From assembly GCA_963703225.1 (NCBI GenBank), contig OY969801.1, forward strand, positions 2,016,001-2,080,000: a DNA stretch of 64,000 bases. The letters run 5' to 3'. The stretch is from Candidatus Eiseniibacteriota bacterium. Its GTDB lineage: Bacteria; Eisenbacteria; RBG-16-71-46; SZUA-252. This document shows positions 53,091 through 63,233 of this stretch, piece by piece. Positions within the stretch are counted from its first letter, which is position 1. Every line of letters starts with the position of its first letter. The notes beneath the pieces are model-generated. The model did not search any database, was not told where the DNA came from, and saw nothing but the letters and a program-made list of their open reading frames with translations. The translations under genes and the position numbers were made by a program.

Positions 53091-54182
53091 CTACGTCTGC
53101 CGAACCAGACTCAGGACGACGCGTCGAAGGGTGCTAAGCGACGACAATTCAAAGACTTTAGCTTGACCGATCGCCGGGCACAATACCACTCGGAGGGCCT
53201 TCCGTCCACGCTTCTTGTCCCGGTCGAGCGCCTTCCAGAACGTGGGGCCCGGCGGGCGAAGGAGTTGGGTCGGAAGCCCGAGCGACCGGAGCAGCGATTC
53301 GATCCCGATCACCGCGAGCGGATCGAGCCCCGCCTCGAGCACGCTCAATCGTAGCGCCGCGACCATTCCGATCGCCACCGCCTCGCCGTGGAGAAGCCGG
53401 CTGAAACCGGCCGCCGCTTCGAGCGCGTGGCCGACCGTGTGGCCGAAATTGAGCGCGAGCCGCGGGCCGCGGTCCCGTTCGTCCCGCGACACGAGCGAGG
53501 CTTTCTCCGCGGCGGCGATCCGGATCAAGGGCTCGACCGCCCGCGGGCGGCGCCAGCCATCGACCGCGGCCAGGCGACCGAGACGGCCAACGATGCCGGG
53601 CTGACGAACGATGCCGATCTTCAACACTTCGGCCAGCCCCGCGCGATAGGCGCGTGGGGTCAGCGTGCGGAGGGTCTCGGTATCGGCGAGCACGGCCGCG
53701 GGGTGATGAAACGCTCCCACTAGATTCTTCCCGGCGGACAGGTTGACGCCCACCTTGCCTCCGATGGCCGCGTCGGCCTGGGCGAGCAGGGTCGTGGGAA
53801 GCGCCACCCAGCGAATCCCCCGCGCATAGACCGAGGCGGCGAATCCAGCCACGTCGGATACGACCCCGCCGCCGAGCGCCACAACCACGGCATCGCGGCC
53901 CGCGCCCTCTTCCGCCCAGAGCCGGGCGAGCGCGCGGAGCGAATCGATCGATTTGGATCGCTCGCCGGCGGGGAGCGTGGCGCGGACGACGCGGTAGCCC
54001 GCCCGGGCGATGGAGCGGGCCACGCGCTCGCCGTAGATGCGCCCCACCGTGCGATCGGTCACGAGCAGGGCGGTGGATCCAGGAGCGGCGGCGCGGATCG
54101 ATGCGCCGACTCGCTTCAGAATTCCGCCGCGCACGATCACCCGGTAGTCGACCCGCGCCCCTCGGATCCGAACCCGAATCAT
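53091..54182 (-). CDS. aroB: 3-dehydroquinate synthase
   Basis: GE.SK, ALGGGVV.D..GF.A, PTTLLAQ.DAAIGGK.GVN, KNLVGAF, LNFGHT.GHA.E, HGEAVAIG motifs. Confidence 0.96.
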   Translation of the reverse strand: MIRVRIRGARVDYRVIVRGGILKRVGASIRAAAPGSTALLVTDRTVGRIYGERVARSIARAGYRVVRATLPAGERSKSIDSLRALARLWAEEGAGRDAVVVALGGGVVSDVAGFAASVYARGIRWVALPTTLLAQADAAIGGKVGVNLSAGKNLVGAFHHPAAVLADTETLRTLTPRAYRAGLAEVLKIGIVRQPGIVGRLGRLAAVDGWRRPRAVEPLIRIAAAEKASLVSRDERDRGPRLALNFGHTVGHALEAAAGFSRLLHGEAVAIGMVAALRLSVLEAGLDPLAVIGIESLLRSLGLPTQLLRPPGPTFWKALDRDKKRGRKALRVVLCPAIGQAKVFELSSLSTLRRVVLSLVRQT

Positions 54183-55189
54183 CGGGACGTCACCGTTTCC
54201 GCGAGGACCTGAAGCTCCCTCAAGTAGGGGAGCTTGGGCCGTCCCGGCGCGAATACCGCGAGATCGACGTCGTAGGCCTTGCGGCCGCGCGCCACCTCGT
54301 AGAAGCGGAAGGGACCCGCGGCGCTCACGTCCGAGTCCTCCCACCGGCCGTAGAGCCGGCGTACCGCGCCCGCCATCTCGTCGGGAACCAGCATCGGGTC
54401 TGCGAGCGCGAGGGTCCGCTCGTTGGGGCGGAAGAGCTGGGCGAGCGCGGCGCGGGTCTGGCCGACGTCGCCCCCCGATCGCGACACCTGAATTCGCAGG
54501 AGCCGCGCCGGCGGACCTTCATCGACCACGAGCGCGGCCCGCGCGGGCTCCGAAACCACCACGTCGTAGCCGCGCGGCACGCGGACGCTGAAGCCGATCG
54601 CGCTCTGGAGCCGCCGCTCCGCGCGCTCGTCGCGTGGCAGGGCGAGAACCCGCTCGCGGACCGCGGCGAACGTGGCTCGGTCGAGCTCCAGGTAGAACTG
54701 ATTTTGCGCGCGGGCCATGGAGGCGATCCACTCCTCGCGCGATTTCGCCCAGATGATCCCGGCCACCTGCCCGCGCAGCCAAAGATCGGGAATGAATGCG
54801 TAGGGCTTCCCCTCCCGGTTCCATCGCTCGCCGAGCCTTCGACCCGGAGCGGGAATCCGATCCACCGGGCCGTAACCGACCAGGAGGAGTATCGTCGACC
54901 GGTACGCGCCGGCGTTGTCCGGCCGCACGATCCGGACAAGGTACGAGGCCTCGTTGTCGATGCGGAGCGCTTCGCGCTCCACGATGGCGCGCAACATTAA
55001 GATTTCGGGGGAATTGGGCGGGAGCAGCGTGGCGACGACCAGCTCGCGGCTCGATCCCTCGGCAAAGGGCCGGCCCGTGCAGCCGATACCGCCACCCTCA
55101 AGAGACGCCGCGACGAGCGTGGCCGCGGCGATGCCGCGAACGACGCGAGAACGGCCGTAGATGAACGAGGGGATCCAAGGCCGCCGCAT
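54179..55189 (-). CDS. Putative lipoprotein (DUF4837-like)
   Basis: Signal-like N-terminus with Cys; D.W..GQ, G.W....AAGPF..Y, VFAPG.PK..YLREL motifs. Confidence 0.55.
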   Translation of the reverse strand: MRRPWIPSFIYGRSRVVRGIAAATLVAASLEGGGIGCTGRPFAEGSSRELVVATLLPPNSPEILMLRAIVEREALRIDNEASYLVRIVRPDNAGAYRSTILLLVGYGPVDRIPAPGRRLGERWNREGKPYAFIPDLWLRGQVAGIIWAKSREEWIASMARAQNQFYLELDRATFAAVRERVLALPRDERAERRLQSAIGFSVRVPRGYDVVVSEPARAALVVDEGPPARLLRIQVSRSGGDVGQTRAALAQLFRPNERTLALADPMLVPDEMAGAVRRLYGRWEDSDVSAAGPFRFYEVARGRKAYDVDLAVFAPGRPKLPYLRELQVLAETVTSR

Positions 55190-55225
55190 GGTGGCGCGCA
55201 GGCTACCACACGGGGCGGAACGGGG

Positions 55226-56464
55226 CTAGCGCTGCGGGGACTCTTCGAGCGTTCGGATCTGATCCTCGAGCCGACGCTTTTCGGACTCGAGGCGATCGAT
55301 CTCCTGCTTCATGCGGGTGACGTCCGCGCCGCGCGACTGTCGCGGCCCCACCGGCGGCTGCGAGAAGGCAGCCCCGACGATGACGCGGACCGGAAAGATC
55401 TCCGATTGTCGGAGCACCGTGACCTCGATCTGATCACCGGGGCGCGCCGCGCGCACGAAGGCGGTCAACTCCTCCGCGGTATGCGCTTCCTGTCCCTGAA
55501 TCGCGAGGATGCGATCCCCCGCACGGAGCCCGGCGGAGTCGGCGGGGCTGTCCACGATCACGCCGGACACCAGGACGCCCAGGGAATCGGAATCGGCCGG
55601 GTTCCCGCGGCGAAGCTGGATCCCGAGAAATCCGTGGCGGACGCTCCCGTAGGTCTGAAGCTCGTTCGCCAGCCACGCCACCTGCTCGACCGGGAGGGCG
55701 ATCAGGACGCTGTTCGGCTCGGGCATCGATTCGCCCCGCTCCAGCCCAACGCTGGCGCCTGGGTCGGAGGCGCCGGGCACGGCCCGCCCCACGACGACCG
55801 CGACCCAGTCCCCTTCCTCATTCAGCACCGCTCCTCCCGTGGAGCCGGGATAGCTGGGGGCGTCGATCTCCAAGATCTCTCCCGAGTGGGCGTAGTCGAT
55901 CCGCTCCCCGCGGCCGACGACCCGCCCCAGCGCGGCCTGCGGCCGCGTGATGGCGACGTTCGAAATCACGGCGACCCAGGAGCCGATCGCGAGCGATTGC
56001 GGCGGCGCCTGATGGAGCGGGCGAAGCGTCGCGCCCTCCACCTGTAAGAGAGCCACATTGGACGAACGATCGGCGCCGATGAGAACCGCCGGGCGCTCCA
56101 CCCCTCCGGCAAAGAGCACGCGGACGCTCCCACCCGGAATGGCGATGGACGAGGTGGTGAGGATCAACTTGTCGGTGAGGGCGACCGCGGTGCCGATGAG
56201 CCGCTTCCGCTTCGCGCCGGCGTGCGCCTGGATATCGGGAGGCGGATAGCCGATGACCGTGAGGATGCTCGCGTGCACCGAGTCGACGACGCCGAGGAGC
56301 GAGCCGTCATCGGTGCGAAGCGGCTTCGGAGAGGGCACGGCCAGCGCCACGGCGGGAATCTGCCCCAAGAGGACCGCGGCAAGCGCCGCGATCCAGCCGC
56401 TTGTGCGCCGCCCGGGACGGCGCCGCGTCGGAGTGGGCTCCCTAGAAGGTGATGAACACGTCAT
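55226..56464 (-). CDS. HtrA/DegP-like trypsin + PDZ protein with a substituted catalytic triad (start uncertain)
   Basis: Trypsin_2-like fold pattern; GFLGI...GVLV..V..DSPA..AGL..GD.I PDZ; C-terminal coiled coil. Confidence 0.82.
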   Translation of the reverse strand: MTCSSPSREPTPTRRRPGRRTSGWIAALAAVLLGQIPAVALAVPSPKPLRTDDGSLLGVVDSVHASILTVIGYPPPDIQAHAGAKRKRLIGTAVALTDKLILTTSSIAIPGGSVRVLFAGGVERPAVLIGADRSSNVALLQVEGATLRPLHQAPPQSLAIGSWVAVISNVAITRPQAALGRVVGRGERIDYAHSGEILEIDAPSYPGSTGGAVLNEEGDWVAVVVGRAVPGASDPGASVGLERGESMPEPNSVLIALPVEQVAWLANELQTYGSVRHGFLGIQLRRGNPADSDSLGVLVSGVIVDSPADSAGLRAGDRILAIQGQEAHTAEELTAFVRAARPGDQIEVTVLRQSEIFPVRVIVGAAFSQPPVGPRQSRGADVTRMKQEIDRLESEKRRLEDQIRTLEESPQR

Positions 56465-57224
56465 CGGAGGGGCGGTCCGAGACGGGCGTGATCGTCCGGT
56501 TATTCGATCCCTCGAACCCACGCTCGAGGATGAATTGGTCGGTGATGTACTCATCGTCATAGCGGGAGCCGGGATTCGGAATCGTCGAGTCCTGCCCCGA
56601 CTTCGAGGCGGGCCAGTCGCGATCGGTCCAGGCGTAGTCGGAGGATCGACCCGCGGCGGCGGGCGTCGGCCGGGCCGCCTTGGAATTCTGGGACGGCCGA
56701 GACGCGACCGCTTCAGCGCCCGGCTGCTTCACGGTACCCGAGCCCGCGGCGTTCCCGGGCCGGACTTCCGAGGCCGCTCCGGACGATGCGAGCGCGGGAC
56801 TCGGGGCTCGAAGCGACGTCTTGGGAGCGCTCGCGCCAGCCGCGATCCGAGACAAGTTTGATCCGTGGAGCGTCCCGTTGGGGCCCACGAGCAGGACCGC
56901 GATCCAGATCGCGCACGCCGCAGCGCCCGTCAGGAAGATGGGGCGCAGCCGCGCCGGCTCCATATATCCGCGAAGCCATTCGATCACGCTCGGCCGAAGC
57001 CCTTCGCCCGAGCGGATGCGCGCGAGCAGATCGGCTTCGAAGTGAGGGCTCGTCTCCACCAAGGGCACGCTCTGGAGCAGCTCCAGCGTGGAGCGGAGCT
57101 CGCGGAGAGCGAGCGAGCAGCGTCGGCAGGAGAGCAGATGCGCCTCGAGATTTCGACGCTCGTTCTGGCTCAGGTCGTCCTCGAGGAAAGCGGATAGGAG
57201 CGGTTCGGCGGACCGGCAGTTCAT
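56442..57224 (-). CDS. Zinc-finger (zf-HC2) transmembrane anti-sigma factor
   Basis: MNC...LSAFL...HLLSCRRC motif plus one TM helix; overlaps the sigma gene stop. Confidence 0.88.
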   Translation of the reverse strand: MNCRSAEPLLSAFLEDDLSQNERRNLEAHLLSCRRCSLALRELRSTLELLQSVPLVETSPHFEADLLARIRSGEGLRPSVIEWLRGYMEPARLRPIFLTGAAACAIWIAVLLVGPNGTLHGSNLSRIAAGASAPKTSLRAPSPALASSGAASEVRPGNAAGSGTVKQPGAEAVASRPSQNSKAARPTPAAAGRSSDYAWTDRDWPASKSGQDSTIPNPGSRYDDEYITDQFILERGFEGSNNRTITPVSDRPSDDVFITF

Positions 57225-57862
57225 ACGTCCTCCAGGCCAAGGTAGGGCTTGAGCCGTTCCTTCAGCATCAGCCGAGCTCGGTTGATGCGCGAGCGCACCG
57301 TCCCGCCCGGGATGCGAAGGATCTGGCCAACCTCCTCATAACTGAGCCCCTCGACGTCTCGCAGCACCACCGCTTCGCGGTAGCGCGCGGGGATCTTGTG
57401 GAGCGCTTCAGCAACCTTTTGCCCGATCTCGTGGGCATTCAGGTCCTCGTCGGGGAGCGGTTTCGAATCCGGGAAACTAACGCCCTGTCCGCCCGATTCC
57501 TCGTCCATGGCGTCGAGGCTAAACGTGCCGCGATGACGTACGCGGCTTCGAATTTCGTTTTTCGTCAAGTTCACGGCGATCGTGAAGATCCACGTGGAGA
57601 ACTTTCCGCTCTTCCGATACCGCTCGCGGTTGCGGAACACGCGCAGGAAGACTTCCTGGCTGATCTCCTCGGCCCGGTCCCGGTCGTTGATGAACCGACA
57701 GACCAAGTTCATGATCCGCATGCGATAGCGCGAAACAAGCGCGCGAAATGCCGCCTCGGAGCCCATCGCACAGCGCTCCATGACGTCTTCATCGCTCAGC
57801 TCGGCAAGATCGAGCTTATTTAAGCGAAGGGGCTCGATAGGCACGTCGCTCTCCGTGCTCAT
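57221..57862 (-). CDS. ECF RNA polymerase sigma factor (RpoE/SigW-like)
   Basis: AEEISQEVFLR, FSTWIF.IA.N, R..VVLRDVEGLSYEEV..IL..P.GTVRSRINRAR motifs. Confidence 0.95.
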   Translation of the reverse strand: MSTESDVPIEPLRLNKLDLAELSDEDVMERCAMGSEAAFRALVSRYRMRIMNLVCRFINDRDRAEEISQEVFLRVFRNRERYRKSGKFSTWIFTIAVNLTKNEIRSRVRHRGTFSLDAMDEESGGQGVSFPDSKPLPDEDLNAHEIGQKVAEALHKIPARYREAVVLRDVEGLSYEEVGQILRIPGGTVRSRINRARLMLKERLKPYLGLEDV

Positions 57863-57905
57863 GGGTACACCGCTCCCCTCGGGGAGGTTCCTGAATCGCG
57901 TAGGG

Positions 57906-59594
57906 TTAGCGGTTCTGGTAGAGGCTCAGATCGGAATCCGGGACGGGGCGCCCCGATCGGGCCCTCGATTCGGCTTCCCGGGCTTCCGTGTCCAGCCTGA
58001 GGCTTCTGCAAACTCGCGCCAGCGCGCGATTTGCTTGGGTGGCGGTCTCGGGGCATTGGGCCGCGCGAATGAGGGTATCGCGCGCCATCTCCAGTTGCCC
58101 CCGCTTCTGCCTGAGGGTTCCGAGCAGGAGCAACGCCCTGCCGTTCCTGGGGTTGAGCTGAATCGCCCGGTTGAGCGTGCTGGTGGCCTGCAGGGTGTTC
58201 CCCTGGGCCAACTCGGCCGAGGCCAAAAAGTAGAGGCATTCCGATGTCTCCCGGCCCGACTCCCGGAGCCGCTGCCACGCCCATTGCGCCAGGAGGCTGT
58301 CCCCGAGCGAGGTGGCCGCGGAACCAAGCTGCTCGTAGATGGAGGGGCTGGCGAGCCCGCGGTCGGCGCTCTCGCGGATCAGCGCCACGGCCTCCTCTGG
58401 GTGACCCAAAATAGAGTAGCACAGGCTCGCGGCGAGGACCTGGCGGGGGTTGTCGAGCGGCCTCTCGCGCACTTCCTCGATGGTCCGGATTCCGAGTTTT
58501 CGGTCGCCGACGCGGATCTCTAGGTAGGCGACGACCAGCGATTCCTCGCGCGTCATGGCGCGCACCGGCATCATCCGTCGGTAGTTTTCGAGAGCCTTTC
58601 GCTCGTCCCCCAGTCCGAGGTACGCGCGGGCACGGATCGGCACCGCCTGGCTGTCGGCCTTCAGCGGCTTCACCGCTGCGAGCGCCTCGCGGTCTTGCCC
58701 GACGCTCAAGAGCAGCTGCGCGGTGCTCACCCTGAGGTCCCCCGGCTTGATGCCGCGCCCCTCCGACCAGCGGAGCAGCGCCTCGAACTCACGGCCCTTC
58801 CCGTTTCGAACGAGATAGGCGCCGTACCCGGAGATCTCCTCGGGACGTGCCGCCGGGGCCAGCGCGAGCGCGCGGAGCAGCGTCTCCTCCAGAACATGGT
58901 TCCCCATTCGCTGGGCGAGGGCGGCGCCGAGGGATAGCGTCCGCGTGTCGTCAGGTTTTAGCTCCAGGGCCAACTGGAGGGCTGAATACGCTTCCTCCAG
59001 GCGGCCGTCCTCGAGCGCGAGACTGAGAATCCCGGTCGCGATCCACGCGAAATCGGGCAGGAGCACATCGGTACGCTTCAGATCGGCGAGAGCCGCTTCG
59101 TAATTGCGGTCCAGCTCATGCGCCAAGGCCCGGAGCGCGTATAGCTCAGGAGGGGCGCCAAGAATTCGAAGGGGTGGCGATAGAACCTGGGCCGCGAGCG
59201 AAGGCTCCCCGGCCCGGAGCCTCATCCGACCCACCAGCATCGCGGCGTCCGAGTTCAGGCTGTCGACGGCGAGCGCCCGCTCTCCCCAGTCCAGAGCGAT
59301 GACATCCTCACCCGCTTCCTCGTGGAGCAGAGCGATGCGAGAAAGAATGAAGGAGGAACTCGGGTCGATCGCGGCCAGCGATTCCGCCCATGCAATGGCG
59401 CTCTCGCGGTCGCCCGATGCCCAGGCCAGCTCGGACTTCAGCGAAAGCTCGAGCGCGACGGGGGTACGGAGGGAGTAGTAGAGAGGCTGAGCTGCCGCCG
59501 GTGGCGCCGCGAGGAGAAGCCACGGCGCCACAAAAAGGAACGCTCCGAAACGCCCCCATCCTTGGCTTTGTATCAATTTGGTCGTCTCCCCCAA
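57906..59594 (-). CDS. Exported tetratricopeptide-repeat protein
   Basis: Signal peptide (LLLAAPPAAA|Q); multiple TPR-like units. Confidence 0.78.
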   Translation of the reverse strand: MGETTKLIQSQGWGRFGAFLFVAPWLLLAAPPAAAQPLYYSLRTPVALELSLKSELAWASGDRESAIAWAESLAAIDPSSSFILSRIALLHEEAGEDVIALDWGERALAVDSLNSDAAMLVGRMRLRAGEPSLAAQVLSPPLRILGAPPELYALRALAHELDRNYEAALADLKRTDVLLPDFAWIATGILSLALEDGRLEEAYSALQLALELKPDDTRTLSLGAALAQRMGNHVLEETLLRALALAPAARPEEISGYGAYLVRNGKGREFEALLRWSEGRGIKPGDLRVSTAQLLLSVGQDREALAAVKPLKADSQAVPIRARAYLGLGDERKALENYRRMMPVRAMTREESLVVAYLEIRVGDRKLGIRTIEEVRERPLDNPRQVLAASLCYSILGHPEEAVALIRESADRGLASPSIYEQLGSAATSLGDSLLAQWAWQRLRESGRETSECLYFLASAELAQGNTLQATSTLNRAIQLNPRNGRALLLLGTLRQKRGQLEMARDTLIRAAQCPETATQANRALARVCRSLRLDTEAREAESRARSGRPVPDSDLSLYQNR

Positions 59595-59663
59595 GAGGGA
59601 TTAAAGTAGGTCCCACTTGGACCTACCTCCCCTCTCCCGAGACGACGCTATAATTTTAGCAGG

Positions 59664-60812
59664 CTAAGGCTCTGTGTGCAAGCGCGATGCGGCCCACGGG
59701 GACGAATCCGTGTCCCCCTTCGCCCCCCCTTCGGGCCTCGTCGCCTCGCCACTCTCCCCTCCAATCCCATGCGGCTCTTGATTCTGCCTGCCTTGGGTAT
59801 CCTCCGTCGGGCGTGGGTATTCCCTGCGGTCCTGTCGGTCCCGCGGCTCCCGCCTGTCCCGACCATCGCGCCCACCCCGACCCTCTCTGCCTTCTCGCGG
59901 GGCGCGCGGGGCTCCTCCCCCCTCGACCCTTGGCTCCTCTCCCCTGCCGCTCCCTCCGCGCGATTTGCGTCCGCGACCTCCCCGGCGGTTCCGTCGGCGT
60001 TGGCCGCCTCCACCACCGGCACCGCCGCCGCCGCCCGATCGCTCGGAGCGGACCAGCTTCTCAAAGTGGAGCAGAGCGTCGCGGGCTGCCTCCTGTTCCG
60101 CTTCCTTCTTGTTGCTGCCGTGACCGCGCCCGAGTGTCCGGCCGTTCACGACGACATCGACCGCGAAGAGCTTGTGGTGGTCCGGGCCGTTTTCGCTCGA
60201 GATCCGATACTGGGGATGGGTCTTGAACTCACCCTGGACGTATTCCTGAAGCATGCTCTTGTAATTCGCCAGGTTCGCGTCGCTCAGGATCTCGTGCACT
60301 TCCTTCAGGAGGAGGCGCTCCGTGATCTGCCGCGCCGGCTCGAGTCCACCGTCCAGATAGACCGCCCCGATGATCCCTTCGAGCGTGTCGGCGAGAATCG
60401 ACGCGCGGTTTCGCCCGCCCGACTCGTTTTCCGCGTCGCTCAAGAGAACGTACTGGCCGAGGCCCATCGAGTTCGCGGTGCGCGACAGAATGACGCGGCT
60501 GACCAGCAAGGACTTCATCTTGGTCAGCTCGCCTTCGCGCAGCTTGGGGAATTTGTTGTAGAGGAATTCGTTGACCGCGAGCCCCACGACGGAGTCCCCA
60601 AGGAACTCCATCCGCTCGTTCGATTCCCCGCTCCGGCCCTGGCTGGCGTGGAGATAGGAGCGGTGGGTCATGGCCGTGCGGGCCAAATCGGGATTGCGGA
60701 ACTGATACTTGAGAATTCGTTCGAGACCTTTGAGATCGAGTTCCCGGTCGCGTCCCTTGGGTACGGGGATCGCGGGCCGGTCCAGACCGAACAGCTTTCT
60801 GAGAAATTTCAC
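59664..60812 (-). CDS. rnc: Ribonuclease III with a long Arg/Gly-rich C-terminal extension
   Basis: THRSY, NERMEFLGD, ADTLE.IIGAVYLD, dsRBD NYKS.LQE...G.G..KKEAEQ.AA motifs. Confidence 0.96.
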   Translation of the reverse strand: MKFLRKLFGLDRPAIPVPKGRDRELDLKGLERILKYQFRNPDLARTAMTHRSYLHASQGRSGESNERMEFLGDSVVGLAVNEFLYNKFPKLREGELTKMKSLLVSRVILSRTANSMGLGQYVLLSDAENESGGRNRASILADTLEGIIGAVYLDGGLEPARQITERLLLKEVHEILSDANLANYKSMLQEYVQGEFKTHPQYRISSENGPDHHKLFAVDVVVNGRTLGRGHGSNKKEAEQEAARDALLHFEKLVRSERSGGGGGAGGGGGQRRRNRRGGRGRKSRGGSGRGEEPRVEGGGAPRAPREGREGRGGRDGRDRREPRDRQDRREYPRPTEDTQGRQNQEPHGIGGESGEATRPEGGAKGDTDSSPWAASRLHTEP

Positions 60813-60839
60813 AATGTGCGGATCCCTCGAGGGATCCTC

Positions 60840-62099
60840 CTACGCCACATACCTCGAAAACGCCAGGGTGACGTTGTGCCCACCAAAGCCCAGGGAATTG
60901 GACAGGGCTGCCTGCAGTTCGACCGAGCGTGCAGTGTTGGGGACGTAGTCGAGGTCACAGTCGGGATCGGGGTGCTCGTAGTTTACCGTCGGGGGCAATT
61001 TCTGCCGCTCGAGGGCCAGGACGCAGATGATCGTCTCGAGCCCTCCGGCCGCGCCGAGGAGATGCCCGGTCATCGACTTGGTCGAGCTGACCGGGAGCTT
61101 CTTCGCGTGCTCCCCGAAGACCGACTTGATGGCTTGTGTTTCGTACTTGTCGTTGAGCGGCGTGGAGGTGCCGTGGGCGTTCAGATATCCGTACGACTCG
61201 GGGCTAAGCCCCGAATCCCGGATCGCCGCCCGCATGGCGCGCGCCGCACCCTCACCCTCGGGGGCCGGCGCCGTCATGTGATGAGCATCTCCCGTCGCGC
61301 CATAACCGACGATCTCCGCGAGGATCTTCACGCCTCGCTTCTTCGCGTGCTCGAGCTCTTCGAGCACCACGACCCCCGCGCCCTCACCCATCACGAATCC
61401 GTCTCGCTGGGCGTCAAAGGGGCGCGAGGCCTTCTGGGGATCGTCGTTGCGAGTGGACATCGCCTTCATGGAGCAAAATCCAGCAAAGGATACCGGGGTC
61501 ACGGGCGCCTCCGCACCGCCCGAGATCATGACGTCCGCCTCGTTGCATTGGATGATCCGGTACGCGTCCCCCACGGCGTGGGCGCCCGACGAGCAGGCGG
61601 AGACCGTGGCGTAGTTGGGGCCCTTGGCGCCAAACTGGATCGACACCTGACCCGAGGCCATGTCCGAGATCATCATCGGAATGAAGAAGGGGCTTACGCG
61701 CGACGGACCCTTTTCGAGGAGAACGCGGTGCTGGTCCTCGAAGGTCGCGATGCCGCCGATTCCCGAGCCGACGATCACGCCGTAGCGGTTGGGATCGATG
61801 GTCTCCGGCGAGGCGCCCGCCTGCCGAACGGCCTGGGCGGTCGCGCCGATCGCGTACTGAACGAACAGATCGGCCCGCCGGATCTCCTTCCGGTCCATGA
61901 CGTCCTCGGCCCGAAATTCGCGTACTTCACCCGCGAACCGCGTGTCGTACTTGGACGTGTCGAACCGGGTGACCGGGCCGATTCCCGACTCACCGGCGAT
62001 CAGCCGCTTCCAAAACGTCTCGACCTCCGATCCCAGGGGCGAGACGACCCCCAGGCCCGTGATCACGACGCGGCGCGGCTGTCCATTCATTCGCAACAT
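60840..62099 (-). CDS. fabF: Beta-ketoacyl-ACP synthase II
   Basis: [54 protein letters not shown] motifs. Confidence 0.98.
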   Translation of the reverse strand: MLRMNGQPRRVVITGLGVVSPLGSEVETFWKRLIAGESGIGPVTRFDTSKYDTRFAGEVREFRAEDVMDRKEIRRADLFVQYAIGATAQAVRQAGASPETIDPNRYGVIVGSGIGGIATFEDQHRVLLEKGPSRVSPFFIPMMISDMASGQVSIQFGAKGPNYATVSACSSGAHAVGDAYRIIQCNEADVMISGGAEAPVTPVSFAGFCSMKAMSTRNDDPQKASRPFDAQRDGFVMGEGAGVVVLEELEHAKKRGVKILAEIVGYGATGDAHHMTAPAPEGEGAARAMRAAIRDSGLSPESYGYLNAHGTSTPLNDKYETQAIKSVFGEHAKKLPVSSTKSMTGHLLGAAGGLETIICVLALERQKLPPTVNYEHPDPDCDLDYVPNTARSVELQAALSNSLGFGGHNVTLAFSRYVA

Positions 62100-62178
62100 C
62101 AGGCTTCTTCGACTCCGTTTCCGAGTGCTGGGTTTTGATCCTTCACACCGGCCCGTGGGTCGGGCCGGCGGTGCCGAA

Positions 62179-62427
<249 letters not shown>

Positions 62428-62486
62428 TCCTTGATTCACCTCCTTCTTTAGATTCATCCCACGTCACAGCGACTCACCGCCACCTG

Positions 62487-63233
62487 CTACATCACCATAC
62501 CGCCGTCAACCGTCAGCACCTGGCCGGTCACGTACCCGGCCTCCTCGCTGCAGAGGAATGCCACCGCGTGCGCGACATCCTCAGGGGTTCCCAGGCGGCC
62601 CAATGGAATCTGCGCGAGAAGCCCTTCGCGCACCTTCTCGGTCAGCGCTCCGGTCATCGCGGTTTCGATGAACCCGGGAGCGACCGCGTTCACCGTAATA
62701 TGGCGCGACGCCAGTTCCTTCGCAACCGCCTTCGTGAGACCCAGTAAGCCCGCCTTGGACGCGGCGTAATTGGCCTGCCCGGCATTCCCGATCAGGCCGA
62801 TCACCGAACTCACGTTCACGATCCGCCCCCAGCGCTGCCGCACCATCGGCCGCGCGAAAGCGCGGATGCAGTGAAAGGCGCCCTTGAGATTGGTGTCGAG
62901 GACTTGGTCCCAATCCTTGTCGCTCATTCGCAGCAGAAGGCCATCCTTGGTGACCCCGGCGTTGTTCACCAAGATTTCCGCCTTGCCGAACGCCTGGAGC
63001 GCCTTTTCGCAGAGCGCGTCCGCGTCGGCTTCCACGGCCACGTCGGCCTTGGCCGCGACCGCCTCGCCCCCCTGTTCCTTGACCTCCGCGCAAGCCTCTT
63101 CCAGCGCCGATTCGTCTCTCCCCGAGAGAACCAACTTGGCCCCGCCCGCGGCCAAAGTCCGCGTCACGGCCCGGCCGATTCCCTTGGCGCCGCCGGTGAC
63201 GATCGCCACCCGCCCTTCGAAGGGCCGCTTCAT
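62487..63233 (-). CDS. fabG: 3-oxoacyl-ACP reductase
   Basis: TGGAKGIG, NNAG.T.D, NYAASKAG, VAPGFI.T.MT, VDGG motifs. Confidence 0.97.
   Translation of the reverse strand: MKRPFEGRVAIVTGGAKGIGRAVTRTLAAGGAKLVLSGRDESALEEACAEVKEQGGEAVAAKADVAVEADADALCEKALQAFGKAEILVNNAGVTKDGLLLRMSDKDWDQVLDTNLKGAFHCIRAFARPMVRQRWGRIVNVSSVIGLIGNAGQANYAASKAGLLGLTKAVAKELASRHITVNAVAPGFIETAMTGALTEKVREGLLAQIPLGRLGTPEDVAHAVAFLCSEEAGYVTGQVLTVDGGMVM

Noticed and set aside
57865..57891. GGAACC-15 nt-GTGTAC as an autoregulatory ECF promoter
   Set aside because: It sits too close to the ATG and overlaps the SD/hairpin; it cannot be supported without TSS data.
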